Shown here one piece after another: positions 10,356-19,485 of a DNA stretch of 64,000 nucleotides. This stretch comes from Akkermansiaceae bacterium. Its GTDB lineage: Bacteria > Gemmatimonadota > Gemmatimonadetes > Palauibacterales > Palauibacteraceae. A model generated the notes under the pieces. That model searched no databases and was not told where the DNA came from. It was given only the letters and a program-made list of their open reading frames with translations. The DNA lies in the NCBI GenBank assembly GCA_964195715.1, contig CAXMRU010000057.1:5015-69014 (forward strand), given 5' to 3'. Each line of letters starts with the position of its first letter. Positions within the stretch are counted from its first letter, which is position 1. The position numbers and the translations under genes were made by a program.

Positions 10356-10425
10356 CCTATATCCCCATGCGGATTTTCATCCACTCGTTCGTCAAACAGC
10401 GTCCGCTCCACAGCCCCACGCTCCC

Positions 10426-11124
10426 TCAGTACTCGGATCCTGTCATGCGCAGGGTCTGATCCAATTGACCGGCCAGGTCCTCTCTCTCGTCTACCAGCTG
10501 GAACAAGAAGTTGTTGAGCACGGGATCCGCTGGAGCCTCGCGTAGTGCGTCGCGAGATGCATCGATCATCGCATCGAGATGCGTGATTCTCTCAGCGACC
10601 GCCGCGGGCCCGGCTTCCCACCTGTTCGCTTCGAAATCACCGTCTCGAAGCTGCTGCAGGTCTGCAACCGTCCGCAGGTATGCCTCGGCCGGCTCAATCA
10701 CCATCAGGGATTCGGGGGACGCATCCGTCAGCGGCCCCACGCTTCCATTCCGGTCATCGGCTACGGTCGCCGCACCCTGTGCTCCATCGGGTCCGGCATC
10801 GATTCTCTGACCCACCATCAGACCGGCAGCGAACAACGCCACCACGGCCGCCGCCTGCAGCGGCCAGCTCATCGCCTTACGCCAGATCGGTGAGACGGTC
10901 GCCGCTCGCCGAGTTTCCAGGCCCAGCTGCTCCTCGATGCGATCCCACTCGCCCTCCGGTGGCTCGAGATCGGGCAGTCCGGATAAGGCCATCCGCATAC
11001 GGCTCATCTGCTCGTACTCGCGAGCGCACTCCTCACAGTCAGCCACGTGCTCCAGCCCGCCGGGTACGCTCCCAGGGTCGTCGAGCAGTGCCGAGATCCG
11101 TTCTCTATTCAGATGCTCAGGCAT
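10426..11124 (-). CDS. anti-sigma factor, zinc-binding (ZAS/ChrR-like) with one TM helix
   Basis: N-terminal HVADCEECAREY (HxxxCxxC zinc motif). Central TM segment WPLQAAAVVALFAAGLMVG. Its 8-nt overlap with the upstream ECF sigma gene is typical of sigma/anti-sigma pairs. Confidence 0.65.
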   Translation of the reverse strand: MPEHLNRERISALLDDPGSVPGGLEHVADCEECAREYEQMSRMRMALSGLPDLEPPEGEWDRIEEQLGLETRRAATVSPIWRKAMSWPLQAAAVVALFAAGLMVGQRIDAGPDGAQGAATVADDRNGSVGPLTDASPESLMVIEPAEAYLRTVADLQQLRDGDFEANRWEAGPAAVAERITHLDAMIDASRDALREAPADPVLNNFLFQLVDEREDLAGQLDQTLRMTGSEY

Positions 11125-11665
11125 GATTACCCGCTTCGTTTCTCTCCCGGGCCGGCGCCAGCAGATTTCGCATGCGCGCCCGGGCTTTGTGCAACTGCGA
11201 TTTCGACGTTCCCACGGCCACCCCCATCCGACCCGCGATCTCTTCGTGCGTCAGGCCTTCCACGTCGTGCAGTACGAGGACCTTTCTATAGCCCGGCGAC
11301 AACTGGTCCATCGCCTGGCTGAGCACTTTCTGGTTCAGCACCGTCTCGTCCGTCGGCGGTGGAGACGACCGCGGTTCGGCAGCAGCCTCCACGTCCGGCC
11401 TCTTGCTCTGTCGTCGCAGCCGGTTCAGAGCCGCGTTCACCGCCAGACGATGCATCCAGGTGCCGAATGACGACTCTCCCCGGAACAGGTGCAGCTTCTG
11501 AAATGCTCGCACCCAGGCGTCCTGCGACACGTCCTCCGCGAGGTGGTCGTCACCGACCATCCTCCGAACCACGGAGTACACGCGGCCACTGTGCGCCGAG
11601 TAGAGTGCTGCCATCGCGCGGCGGTCACCCTTCCTGGCCGCCGCGATCAGCTGAACGTCAGACAT
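11117..11665 (-). CDS. ECF (sigma-70 family, group 4) RNA polymerase sigma factor
   Basis: 182 aa. Region 2 (DVSQDAWVRAFQKLHLFRGESSFGTWMHRLAVNAALNRLR) and region 4 HTH (LTHEEIAGRMGVAVGTSKSQLHKAR). Confidence 0.85.
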   Translation of the reverse strand: MSDVQLIAAARKGDRRAMAALYSAHSGRVYSVVRRMVGDDHLAEDVSQDAWVRAFQKLHLFRGESSFGTWMHRLAVNAALNRLRRQSKRPDVEAAAEPRSSPPPTDETVLNQKVLSQAMDQLSPGYRKVLVLHDVEGLTHEEIAGRMGVAVGTSKSQLHKARARMRNLLAPARERNEAGNHA

Positions 11666-11734
11666 TCGCCTCGTTTCTCATGATCGTCGGTATTTGGACG
11701 GGTAGGGGAGTCCCACGGTTGTCTGCTCGGGGGG

Positions 11735-12637
11735 TCAGTCCGCGGTGGGGTCGCCTTCCAGCCGCCGCATCAGCCACGGCGTCGCCAGGTAAGCGGCCAT
11801 CGCCACCATCAGCCCGACCATCGCATCGATCCCGTAGTGGAATCGCCCGTATACCGTCCCGAGGGCTAGAGACACCGCGAAGGGCGCCATGATCCAGAAG
11901 ACTCGCTTGCTCTCGCGCCCGGTAGCGAACCATGCCGACATGGTGGCCGCCACATGCGAGGAGGGGAACGCTGTGCCCTTGGAGGATCCGGACTCGAGGA
12001 TCGTGTGTACGAGCAAGAACAGCTTCCCGTCCGACGCCTCGCCGGCGATCTGCGGGAAGTCGTAGCGGGGACCCGCCACAGGAAAGACCGAAAAGCACAA
12101 ATAGCAGACGAAGAAGGCCAGGGCGATCGTGAACGAGGCCCGCTCCAGCGCCCTGGGCCCCTTCAGCAGGAATGCGGCCACCGCCGCTCCCGGCACGATA
12201 AGGTAGTACGACAAATACCCGAGGTGCAGCATCTCGGAGAACCAGAGGCGGCCGTACCAGTCGCTGAACACCATGGCCAGCTGGGTCCCGAACAACAATT
12301 CCTCCCACATCATCACCGTGGGATCGAAGTAGCCTGTCACGTGGAGCTGGTTCAGTGGCGCCAGTTCCAGGTACAGCAGCGGTGTAAGCGCGACCGGATA
12401 GAACAGCCGGAAGAACAGCACGAATCCGTTCGTCGGGAGCGTGAACGACGCCATCCACCAGATGAGTCCCATGGCGGCCAGGTGCAGCACGGCGATCCCG
12501 ACACCGAAGCCCGTGATGCTCGTCAGGGCAACAACACCCGTCGCCGCCAGATACGCCATCGTGAGGTAATCGACTGCGAGCGGCCCGCGGCTGCGCATTT
12601 CCGTTTCGGCTCTGAATCCCTTGATCACCTGAGCCAT
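11735..12637 (-). CDS. PAP2 / sphingomyelin-synthase-like integral membrane protein (candidate sphingolipid head-group transferase)
   Basis: Polytopic membrane protein. PAP2/SMS-type catalytic motifs PSSHVAAT and RFHYGIDAMVG (an HYxxD-type motif). Part of the tightly packed lipid operon. Confidence 0.55.
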   Translation of the reverse strand: MAQVIKGFRAETEMRSRGPLAVDYLTMAYLAATGVVALTSITGFGVGIAVLHLAAMGLIWWMASFTLPTNGFVLFFRLFYPVALTPLLYLELAPLNQLHVTGYFDPTVMMWEELLFGTQLAMVFSDWYGRLWFSEMLHLGYLSYYLIVPGAAVAAFLLKGPRALERASFTIALAFFVCYLCFSVFPVAGPRYDFPQIAGEASDGKLFLLVHTILESGSSKGTAFPSSHVAATMSAWFATGRESKRVFWIMAPFAVSLALGTVYGRFHYGIDAMVGLMVAMAAYLATPWLMRRLEGDPTAD

Positions 12638-13623
12638 CCGTGTTCACGGTACCAGCGACCGGTCTCCTCCATCGCCTCGCGCAGTCGCGTGGTGGCGCGC
12701 CACCCGAGTGAGGCTTCGGCTTCTCGCGGATCGGCCGTCCAGTCCAATCGCGAGAGGTCGTCCGCCGTACGGCGATCGAATTGCGGGGGCATCCGGACGA
12801 GTCGCGCCGCGGCCTCCGCCACAGTCCCACCAACCTGCCAGAGCGCGTTCGGAATCTTCACAAGGCGGACGGGCTTTCCTACGGCGTTGCCCAGCGCCTC
12901 GCCCATGTCGGCCCAGCTCACGATCTCGGGGCCCACGATGGGGATTGGCTTGAGGTCCACATCCGGACGCGCCACGGCACGAATGACCGCATCGGCCACG
13001 TCCTTCACGTACACCGGCTGCAGCCGACCCTTGCTGGTCGGCACCGGCAGCAGGCCGGTCTTCGCCACCTTGAACAGGTTCAGCGAGTCCTCGTCTCTCG
13101 GACCGTAGATGCCTCCGGGCCGCAGGATCACACCCATCATCGCCCCGGTCTGCTCCGAGAGCACCTGGAACAGACGGCGTTCGCCGGCCAGCTTGCTCTC
13201 GCCGTATGCGCTCGTCGGCCGATCGGCGGCGGGGCCGCTGTCGCCGGCCCGACGGTCCGGGCCGCGCGCCGCCAGGCTGCTGACGAGGACGAAGCGGCGC
13301 ACTCCGGCGTCAACGGCCCCGAGCGCCAGCCCCTGCGTGCCCTCGGCGTTCACCGCGAAGTAGTCGGCATCCGACTTCGCGCGGGTCAGACCCGCCGAGT
13401 GCACCACGACATCAACTCCTTCGAGCGCAACTGCCAGTTCCGCGGCAGACCGCACGTCTGCCGTCACACGCTCTATTGGGAGAGACTCGATCCACCTGAG
13501 ATTGCTGGTCTTCCGCACAGTGCACCGAACAGCCCACCCCTCGACGAGGAGTGCCTCGGCCACGTGGCTGCCCAGAAATCCCGTAGCCCCGGTGAGCAGA
13601 ACGGTGTGGGAAGTGCCGGACAC
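12625..13623 (-). CDS. NAD(P)-dependent epimerase/dehydratase-family SDR (candidate 3-ketosphinganine / ceramide reductase)
   Basis: N-terminal Rossmann VLLTGATGFLGSHV and an extended-SDR fold. 5-nt gap to the upstream N-acyltransferase-like gene and 13-nt overlap with the downstream PAP2 gene. Confidence 0.75.
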   Translation of the reverse strand: MSGTSHTVLLTGATGFLGSHVAEALLVEGWAVRCTVRKTSNLRWIESLPIERVTADVRSAAELAVALEGVDVVVHSAGLTRAKSDADYFAVNAEGTQGLALGAVDAGVRRFVLVSSLAARGPDRRAGDSGPAADRPTSAYGESKLAGERRLFQVLSEQTGAMMGVILRPGGIYGPRDEDSLNLFKVAKTGLLPVPTSKGRLQPVYVKDVADAVIRAVARPDVDLKPIPIVGPEIVSWADMGEALGNAVGKPVRLVKIPNALWQVGGTVAEAAARLVRMPPQFDRRTADDLSRLDWTADPREAEASLGWRATTRLREAMEETGRWYREHGWLR

Positions 13624-13628
13624 CGGAC

Positions 13629-14762
13629 TCAGAGTTCCCTATCGTACATGCGGAATCGCTTGTACGCCGTCGAGCCCAGTTTCTCCAGCGGCTTTCGCAT
13701 CGGGTAGTTGTGCTCGAGGATCCACCCGAATTCCCCGGCGACTATGCCCTTCGCGGAGCCCTCACGAAAGATCCGCAGGTACAGGAGGTTGTCGATCCCC
13801 TTGTGCCGGAATTCCGGCACAAGGCCCAGCGTCAGCACCCGGCACATGTCGATGCTCTTCGCCCGGTGCAGCACTTTCAGAAGACCGAACGGAAACAAGC
13901 GACCACGCGCCTTGATCAGGGCCTGATTGTAGTCCTTCAGCCACAGGGCGAAGCCTATGGGCTCCCCGTCCTCGTTCTCCGCGAAGATGACCTGCTCGGG
14001 ATCCTTCATCACGGCCACCTTGAGCTCGTGGGCCATGAACCGGATCTCGTCATCCGTCATCGGAACGAAGCCCCAGTTCTCTTCCCACGCCTTGTTGTAC
14101 ACGTACAAGACGCGTTCGAGCTCGGCCGCGAAGTCTTCCTTGCGCAATGTGCGAAGGGACACGTTCAGTCTCTTCGAGAGCCGTTCCTCTCGCTTGAGCA
14201 GGAATTCCGGTGGACTGTTGTTGTCCAGGTAGTAGGCGACCATGCCCATGGCGGCGTGGAACCCCGCATTCTCGATCAGGTCCTCGTAGTAGTCGGGGTT
14301 GTACGGCATCATGATGGTCGGTGGACGATCGAACCCCTCGACCAGCAGCGCGGCGCTCTCGTTCGTAGAGAAGTTGGCCGGGCCCCGTATCACCTCGAGA
14401 CCGCGATCTCGCAGCCAATCGGATGCGGTGTCCAGGAGCTCGTTTGCCACTTTCTGCTCGTCCACGCACTCAAAGAACCCGAAGAACCCTACGGGCTCGT
14501 CGTGGTAGGCGACGTGGTTCCGATTATGGATTGCGACGATCCGACCGACCGTTTCGCCACCTCGCATGGCGATGTACGGCTGGACCTCGGAGTGCTTGTG
14601 GAAAGGGTGCTTCCCCCGATCGAACATGACCTTCATGTCGCGGAGCAGGGGCGCGACCCAGTTCGGGTCTCCCTCGTAGATGCGATACGGCAGGTCAAGA
14701 AACCGGCGGAACTCCTTCTTGCCGTCCGCCGGAATGACTTGTACGTCCGGCGACCCCGTCAC
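13629..14762 (-). CDS. N-acyltransferase-like protein (candidate bacterial ceramide synthase)
   Basis: About 377 aa if started at a GTG that overlaps the serine palmitoyltransferase (Spt) gene's TGA stop as GTGA. The longer ORF would overlap Spt by 300 nt. The function is inferred mainly from operon context with Spt and the reductase. The acyl-CoA N-acyltransferase fold was not verified. Confidence 0.45.
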   Translation of the reverse strand: MTGSPDVQVIPADGKKEFRRFLDLPYRIYEGDPNWVAPLLRDMKVMFDRGKHPFHKHSEVQPYIAMRGGETVGRIVAIHNRNHVAYHDEPVGFFGFFECVDEQKVANELLDTASDWLRDRGLEVIRGPANFSTNESAALLVEGFDRPPTIMMPYNPDYYEDLIENAGFHAAMGMVAYYLDNNSPPEFLLKREERLSKRLNVSLRTLRKEDFAAELERVLYVYNKAWEENWGFVPMTDDEIRFMAHELKVAVMKDPEQVIFAENEDGEPIGFALWLKDYNQALIKARGRLFPFGLLKVLHRAKSIDMCRVLTLGLVPEFRHKGIDNLLYLRIFREGSAKGIVAGEFGWILEHNYPMRKPLEKLGSTAYKRFRMYDREL

Positions 14763-15961
14763 GTCACCTCTATCCCGTGTCCGAGGACCCCGAACTTCTT
14801 GCCGACCCGTGCGAGTTGCTCGAGCACGAAGTCGAGTTGCTCGTCGGTGTGGGTCGCCATGTAGCTGGTACGCAGGCAGCACCTGCCCTCGGGGACGGCC
14901 GGTGGCGCCACCGGGTTCGTGAAGACCCCGGCGTCGAACAGTTCCCGCCAGATCAGGAACGTCTGCTCTACCGGACCGATGAGAATTGGAATGACGGGCG
15001 TTTCCGTGCGCCCGATATCGAAGCCCAGAATCGTAAGCTCCTTCATCATCCGGTGCGTATTGGCCCACAGCCGTTCCTGCCGCTCCGGCTCGGTACGGAT
15101 GATCTCCAGGGCCTTGATGACGGTCGCGACGGACGCAGGAGGCATGCTGGCGCTGAAGATCAGCGCCCGCGCGTTGTTCTGCAGGTAGTCGATAACCAGG
15201 GCATCACCTGCGACGAAGCCACCGATCGAGGCGAGCGACTTACTGAATGTACCGCTGATAAGGTCCACCTCGTCGGTCAGGCCGAAGTGGGCCGCCGTGC
15301 CCGCGCCGTGCGGCCCGAGCACGCCCAGGGAGTGAGCGTCATCCACCATGATGGCCGCCGAGTATTTCTTAGCCAGCGGGACCAGGTTGGGAAGATCGGC
15401 GATGTCGCCTTCCATGCTGTACACGCCGTCCACGACGATCATCTTGCCACGATCGCCCTTCACTGCCTCGAGCAGTCGCTCGAGATGGTCGAAGTCAGCA
15501 TGTCGGAACCGCTGGATGTCGCCGAAGCCAAGTCGCGCACCGTCCTGTATGCATGCGTGGTCCAGCTTGTCCAGGAAGACCGTGTCGTTGCGCGCTATCA
15601 GGGCCCCGATGGTACCGAGGTTTGTCTGATAGCCGGTGCTGAAGACGAGCGCCGCTTCCTTGTTTACGAAATCGGCCAGATCTTCTTCCAGCTGGTCGTG
15701 CAGATCGAGGTTCCCGTTCAGGAAACGGCTTCCCGTACAGCCGCTGCCGTACTTGTCGAGAGCCGCCTTGGCAGCCTCGATGATCCTGGGGTCGTGAGTA
15801 AGCCCCATGTAGTTGTTGGAACCCACCATGACCTTCGTGTGGCCGTCGATGACGACTTCGGTGTCGGCCGAAGACTCGATTCTCTGGAAGTACGGATACA
15901 GCCCCGCCGCCCGCAGCTCCCGGGTGATGGTGAAGTTCGCGCACTTCTCGAACACATGCAT
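14759..15961 (-). CDS. spt: serine palmitoyltransferase-like alpha-oxoamine synthase (PLP-dependent)
   Basis: Start set at MHVFEKCANF. Very close to Sphingomonas Spt by eye: GSNNYMGLTHDP, GSGCTGSRFLNGN, VFSTGYQTNLG, RFRHAD, GVYSMEGDIA, GTFSKSLASIGGFV (PLP-lysine). About 400 aa. Confidence 0.85.
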   Translation of the reverse strand: MHVFEKCANFTITRELRAAGLYPYFQRIESSADTEVVIDGHTKVMVGSNNYMGLTHDPRIIEAAKAALDKYGSGCTGSRFLNGNLDLHDQLEEDLADFVNKEAALVFSTGYQTNLGTIGALIARNDTVFLDKLDHACIQDGARLGFGDIQRFRHADFDHLERLLEAVKGDRGKMIVVDGVYSMEGDIADLPNLVPLAKKYSAAIMVDDAHSLGVLGPHGAGTAAHFGLTDEVDLISGTFSKSLASIGGFVAGDALVIDYLQNNARALIFSASMPPASVATVIKALEIIRTEPERQERLWANTHRMMKELTILGFDIGRTETPVIPILIGPVEQTFLIWRELFDAGVFTNPVAPPAVPEGRCCLRTSYMATHTDEQLDFVLEQLARVGKKFGVLGHGIEVT

Positions 15962-16104
15962 GCTGTGTCGACCCTTGAACGAGTGGCGGAGACTCGCGCT
16001 GCAGATTCGCAGGCTTGACCAAGTGAAAAAAAGGTACCTGAGGAAACGCGGGCGAGCAAGCAAGTTGCCCGTTCTGACGCGGCTCTCCGACGCGGCGAGA
16101 GCCC

Positions 16105-17250
16105 GTGGAGAGCAGCCGCTTGCCCACGCGACGGCATAGGCTCATCCTGCGCGTTGTGACTCGCAACCGATGCACCGACAGGCTTCGAGGGGCCCTCCCC
16201 TTTTCGCTCCTCACCCTCGCGCTGGGCGGCTGCGCCAGCACGGCCGGGCCGGTCGCGGGACCGGCTGGTGGCACTTCCGAAGAGGTGCTCTCCGCTCCGG
16301 TCGTGGACCCCGCGATCGAAGCGACCGCAGACACCCCGATTCCGGACGCGGTGGACTCCGTAGCCTCGCCGGGACTCGATCTCGATTCTCTCGTCGCCCT
16401 GATCCGGTCCGAGGCAGCACACGAGAGACCGCGTTCAATTCTTCCGTTCGGCGTCGCCTGGACGCCCGTCCAGCCGATCGAGGGATCGGCGATCGTCTTC
16501 AGGGTGATGCAACCCCGTGGCGGACTCGAGCCTGAAGCTGTCGCCGGCCGGTTCGCGGACGGCGTCGTCCGGTTCGGACGAGCCAGGCACACCTGGCTCG
16601 GCTTCGCAGCCGTGCCGATCGGCACGAGCGGCATTCTTCAACTCGATCTCGAGTTTCGGTTCGGCGACGGATCGATGTATCAGCAACAGGTTGGCATCGA
16701 AGTCGCGCCCAGGGTGTGGGAGCAGACTTCCCTGAGCGTCGCCCCGAGATTCTCCTCTCCACCGCCCGAGGTTCAGGATCGGATCGCCCGGGACCGGAAG
16801 CAGTTCCGCGCGGTGCTGGATTCCGCTTCGCCCGAATGGCTGCTCGACGGCCCCTTCGCTCTACCCAGGCCCTTCGACGTGACGGCCGAGTTCGGCCAGG
16901 AGCGCGTGTTCAACGGAGAGATGCAGAGCCGCCACACCGGACTCGACCTGCGGGGCCCGGTCGGTGAGCCCGTTCATGCAGCCGGTCGGGGCCGTGTCGT
17001 GCTGACAGGCGACTTCTACTTCTCGGGAAACGGCGTCTTCCTGGACCACGGCCTCGGGGTCTATACGGGGTACTTCCACCTGTCCGAGATTCTGGTGCCC
17101 GAGGGGGAGATGGTCGAGACCGGCGAGCTCATCGGTCGCGTCGGAGCGACGGGCCGCGTGACCGGACCTCACCTGCACTGGTCCTTGTGGGTGGACGGAA
17201 CCGGCCAGGACGCCGGCAGCCTGCTGGAAGTGGAGATACCGCTGCCCTGA
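16105..17250 (+). CDS. M23 (LytM) family peptidase lipoprotein
   Basis: Lipobox LLTLALGGCAS. C-terminal M23 motifs HTGLDLRGPVGEPVHAAGRGRVV and GPHLHWSLWVDG. Confidence 0.7.
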   Translation: MESSRLPTRRHRLILRVVTRNRCTDRLRGALPFSLLTLALGGCASTAGPVAGPAGGTSEEVLSAPVVDPAIEATADTPIPDAVDSVASPGLDLDSLVALIRSEAAHERPRSILPFGVAWTPVQPIEGSAIVFRVMQPRGGLEPEAVAGRFADGVVRFGRARHTWLGFAAVPIGTSGILQLDLEFRFGDGSMYQQQVGIEVAPRVWEQTSLSVAPRFSSPPPEVQDRIARDRKQFRAVLDSASPEWLLDGPFALPRPFDVTAEFGQERVFNGEMQSRHTGLDLRGPVGEPVHAAGRGRVVLTGDFYFSGNGVFLDHGLGVYTGYFHLSEILVPEGEMVETGELIGRVGATGRVTGPHLHWSLWVDGTGQDAGSLLEVEIPLP

Positions 17251-17476
17251 AACAAAAGCCGCCTGACGGCTCCGGCACGTGACGGCGAGGCTCATACCGT
17301 ATCGGCTCGAAACACGTCAGACGGCCATCTTCGGTCGTTCGATTGATTGAAACGCCACACCCCCTCCCAGTGTTCCCCACCATCCGATTCCCGATCTCGA
17401 TTCTTGCTTTCACCGCAGGCGAGGAACACTTTGGCTCCCCGGAATCAACCATGACAGGTCGCGGATTGGAAGGCTA

Positions 17477-19120
17477 ATGACACGGATCGCACTGGTGCTG
17501 GGTGGCGGCGCGTCGCTCGGCTCTTATATCGGCGGAGCGGTGACGGAGATCATCAGAGCCGTCGAGGGCAATCGTCAAAGAGAGACGGTCGTTATCGACG
17601 TGATCACGGGCGCCTCGGCAGGTGCGCTGAACGCAGCCCTCGCCGCACGTTGCCTGACGGTGAACCGACACTTGCTCCCGTGGATCGAGCGGGCGTGGGT
17701 CGACGGCGCGGATGCATCCGTTCTCCTGAACCCGGCTCGGCCGGAACGGGAGGGCTGGCTCGATATCTCGGTTCTCGACGAGCTCACGCGAACCCTCGTC
17801 GATTCGGACGCGGCTTCCGACGACGGCGCCTCGAAGGCGGCAGGCAAGTCTGTACGGCTGGGCTTCACCCTCGCCAATCTGTACGGTGTACCTTACGACT
17901 ACCGGTACCGCTTTCTGAATGAGCCCGAGCGGTCGTTCGGTGCGCGCGTTCACACCGACAACATCCGATTCGATCTGACTACGAAGAGTCGGGCCGGTAA
18001 TCCAGTATGGGGAGAGATTGCGGGTGCCGCTGTCGCTTCCGCGAGTTTTCCGTTCGCCTTCCCGTCTCGCCGGATCGGCCGACGCAAGGCCGACTATCCG
18101 GGAGCGCGGCTGAGTGCCGGACCCGACGGCAAAGTCGACATGTGGTACCTCGACGGAGGGCTGTTCGACAACGCTCCCCTCGGGCTCGCCCGCGACCTGG
18201 TCGAGCTCGAGACTGGCCACCGGAACGACGATCGGCGCTACCTGTTCGTAGAGCCGGGCTTCGAGAGCTCGGGCCCGGGTCCTCTCGGTTCCGACGGTCC
18301 ACCCGGCACGCTCACGGGCATGGCTTCAGCACTTGCGCGCGCGGTTCTCGGACAGGGCGCAGCCCGCGACTGGATGGTGGCCAACCGGATCAACTCGCGT
18401 CTCGAGATTCTGCAGGCTCTCGTGAAGCGGTTACCCGAGCTCGCTCCGGAACTGACCGATCCGCAGGCCCTGGCTCTTGGTCGGTATATCGGCGAGCTGG
18501 CGGAACACGTCGCCGAGATCCAGGTGGCTGCGGACGGAGGCGACGTCGAGGGCGCAGATGACCCGGTCGTGGACTATCTCGACTCGCAGGTCGAGCGCAT
18601 CGAGATCGATCCGGCTTACTCCGGGACCCTGTCGCGCATCGATTCGCGCGCCGGCCGTGCCCGTCTCGCGAAGCTGATTTTCGTGCTCGAAGCCGCGGGG
18701 GGACTGCAGGACAAGGACGTCCTGCCTCTCTACCTCGTCGCGCCGGAGACCAGCGAGTCGCTGTCGGGCGACTTCCTGGGCCACTTCGGCGGCTTTTTCA
18801 ACCGGGAGTGGCGCGCAAACGACTTCCGGGCCGGCAGGCGTGATGCCCGCCGGGTCATCGAGGAAACTCTGCCTGACGTGATTTCGTACGATCCGGGGGA
18901 CAAAGCTGATTACCGGGTCGAGAAGATCGACCCGAGTTTCGCTTCGATTCCCACCGCGGGCCGAGCCCGTCTGAAGGATCTGGTCGATGCCGAAGCGGAC
19001 CGCGTGTTGTCTGAGCTGCGGCCAGGACCGATCGCTGCCGCTTTCGGTTGGGCGTGGAAGCCCGTCGTTCGGCGGTGGGCGGCGGAGCGCACCATGACCG
19101 CCCTGCGCGGCGCGCGCTGA
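17477..19120 (+). CDS. patatin-like phospholipase family protein
   Basis: GGGASLGSYIGG oxyanion region, GASAG serine nucleophile (GxSxG), catalytic Asp in DGGLFDNAP. 547 aa with a long C-terminal extension. Confidence 0.8.
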   Translation: MTRIALVLGGGASLGSYIGGAVTEIIRAVEGNRQRETVVIDVITGASAGALNAALAARCLTVNRHLLPWIERAWVDGADASVLLNPARPEREGWLDISVLDELTRTLVDSDAASDDGASKAAGKSVRLGFTLANLYGVPYDYRYRFLNEPERSFGARVHTDNIRFDLTTKSRAGNPVWGEIAGAAVASASFPFAFPSRRIGRRKADYPGARLSAGPDGKVDMWYLDGGLFDNAPLGLARDLVELETGHRNDDRRYLFVEPGFESSGPGPLGSDGPPGTLTGMASALARAVLGQGAARDWMVANRINSRLEILQALVKRLPELAPELTDPQALALGRYIGELAEHVAEIQVAADGGDVEGADDPVVDYLDSQVERIEIDPAYSGTLSRIDSRAGRARLAKLIFVLEAAGGLQDKDVLPLYLVAPETSESLSGDFLGHFGGFFNREWRANDFRAGRRDARRVIEETLPDVISYDPGDKADYRVEKIDPSFASIPTAGRARLKDLVDAEADRVLSELRPGPIAAAFGWAWKPVVRRWAAERTMTALRGAR

Positions 19121-19150
19121 GCGACACACGGCGGAGCAAAGGAGGGACGC

Positions 19151-19474
19151 ATGGCCGACCTCAAGAAAATCGCTCTCTCGATGCAGCAGTTGTTCCTGCT
19201 GATCGTGGTGGTGGCCGTAGTGTTCTTCGCGTTCTTGAACCTGGATTCGGTCACGATTGACCTGTTCTTCACCACGGTAACCACGAGTATCGCCCTCCTC
19301 CTGCTCGTGCCCCTGGCCGCGGGAATGCTCCTCGGCTGGCTCGGCGGTCGCCTGCGCGGCAGGAAGAAGGAGCAGGCGAAGCTCGGCGCCGGCCCGGCGG
19401 AGTTGCCGGCCGGTGACGAGGCCGTGAAAGACGTGGACTGGGAGAACCTGGACCTCGACAAGATCGAGGTCTAG
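19151..19474 (+). CDS. LapA-family (DUF1049) small inner-membrane protein
   Basis: 107 aa with two TM helices and the typical LapA N-terminus LFLLIVVVAVVFFAFLN. Confidence 0.55.
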   Translation: MADLKKIALSMQQLFLLIVVVAVVFFAFLNLDSVTIDLFFTTVTTSIALLLLVPLAAGMLLGWLGGRLRGRKKEQAKLGAGPAELPAGDEAVKDVDWENLDLDKIEV

Positions 19475-19485
19475 CCGGTCGCCGC

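Noticed and set aside
11658-12833. 391-aa minus-strand ORF overlapping the PAP2 and epimerase genes
   Set aside because: It is an alternative frame of real genes, with Arg/Pro/Gly-rich composition and no motifs. The PAP2 frame has clear TM helices and catalytic motifs.
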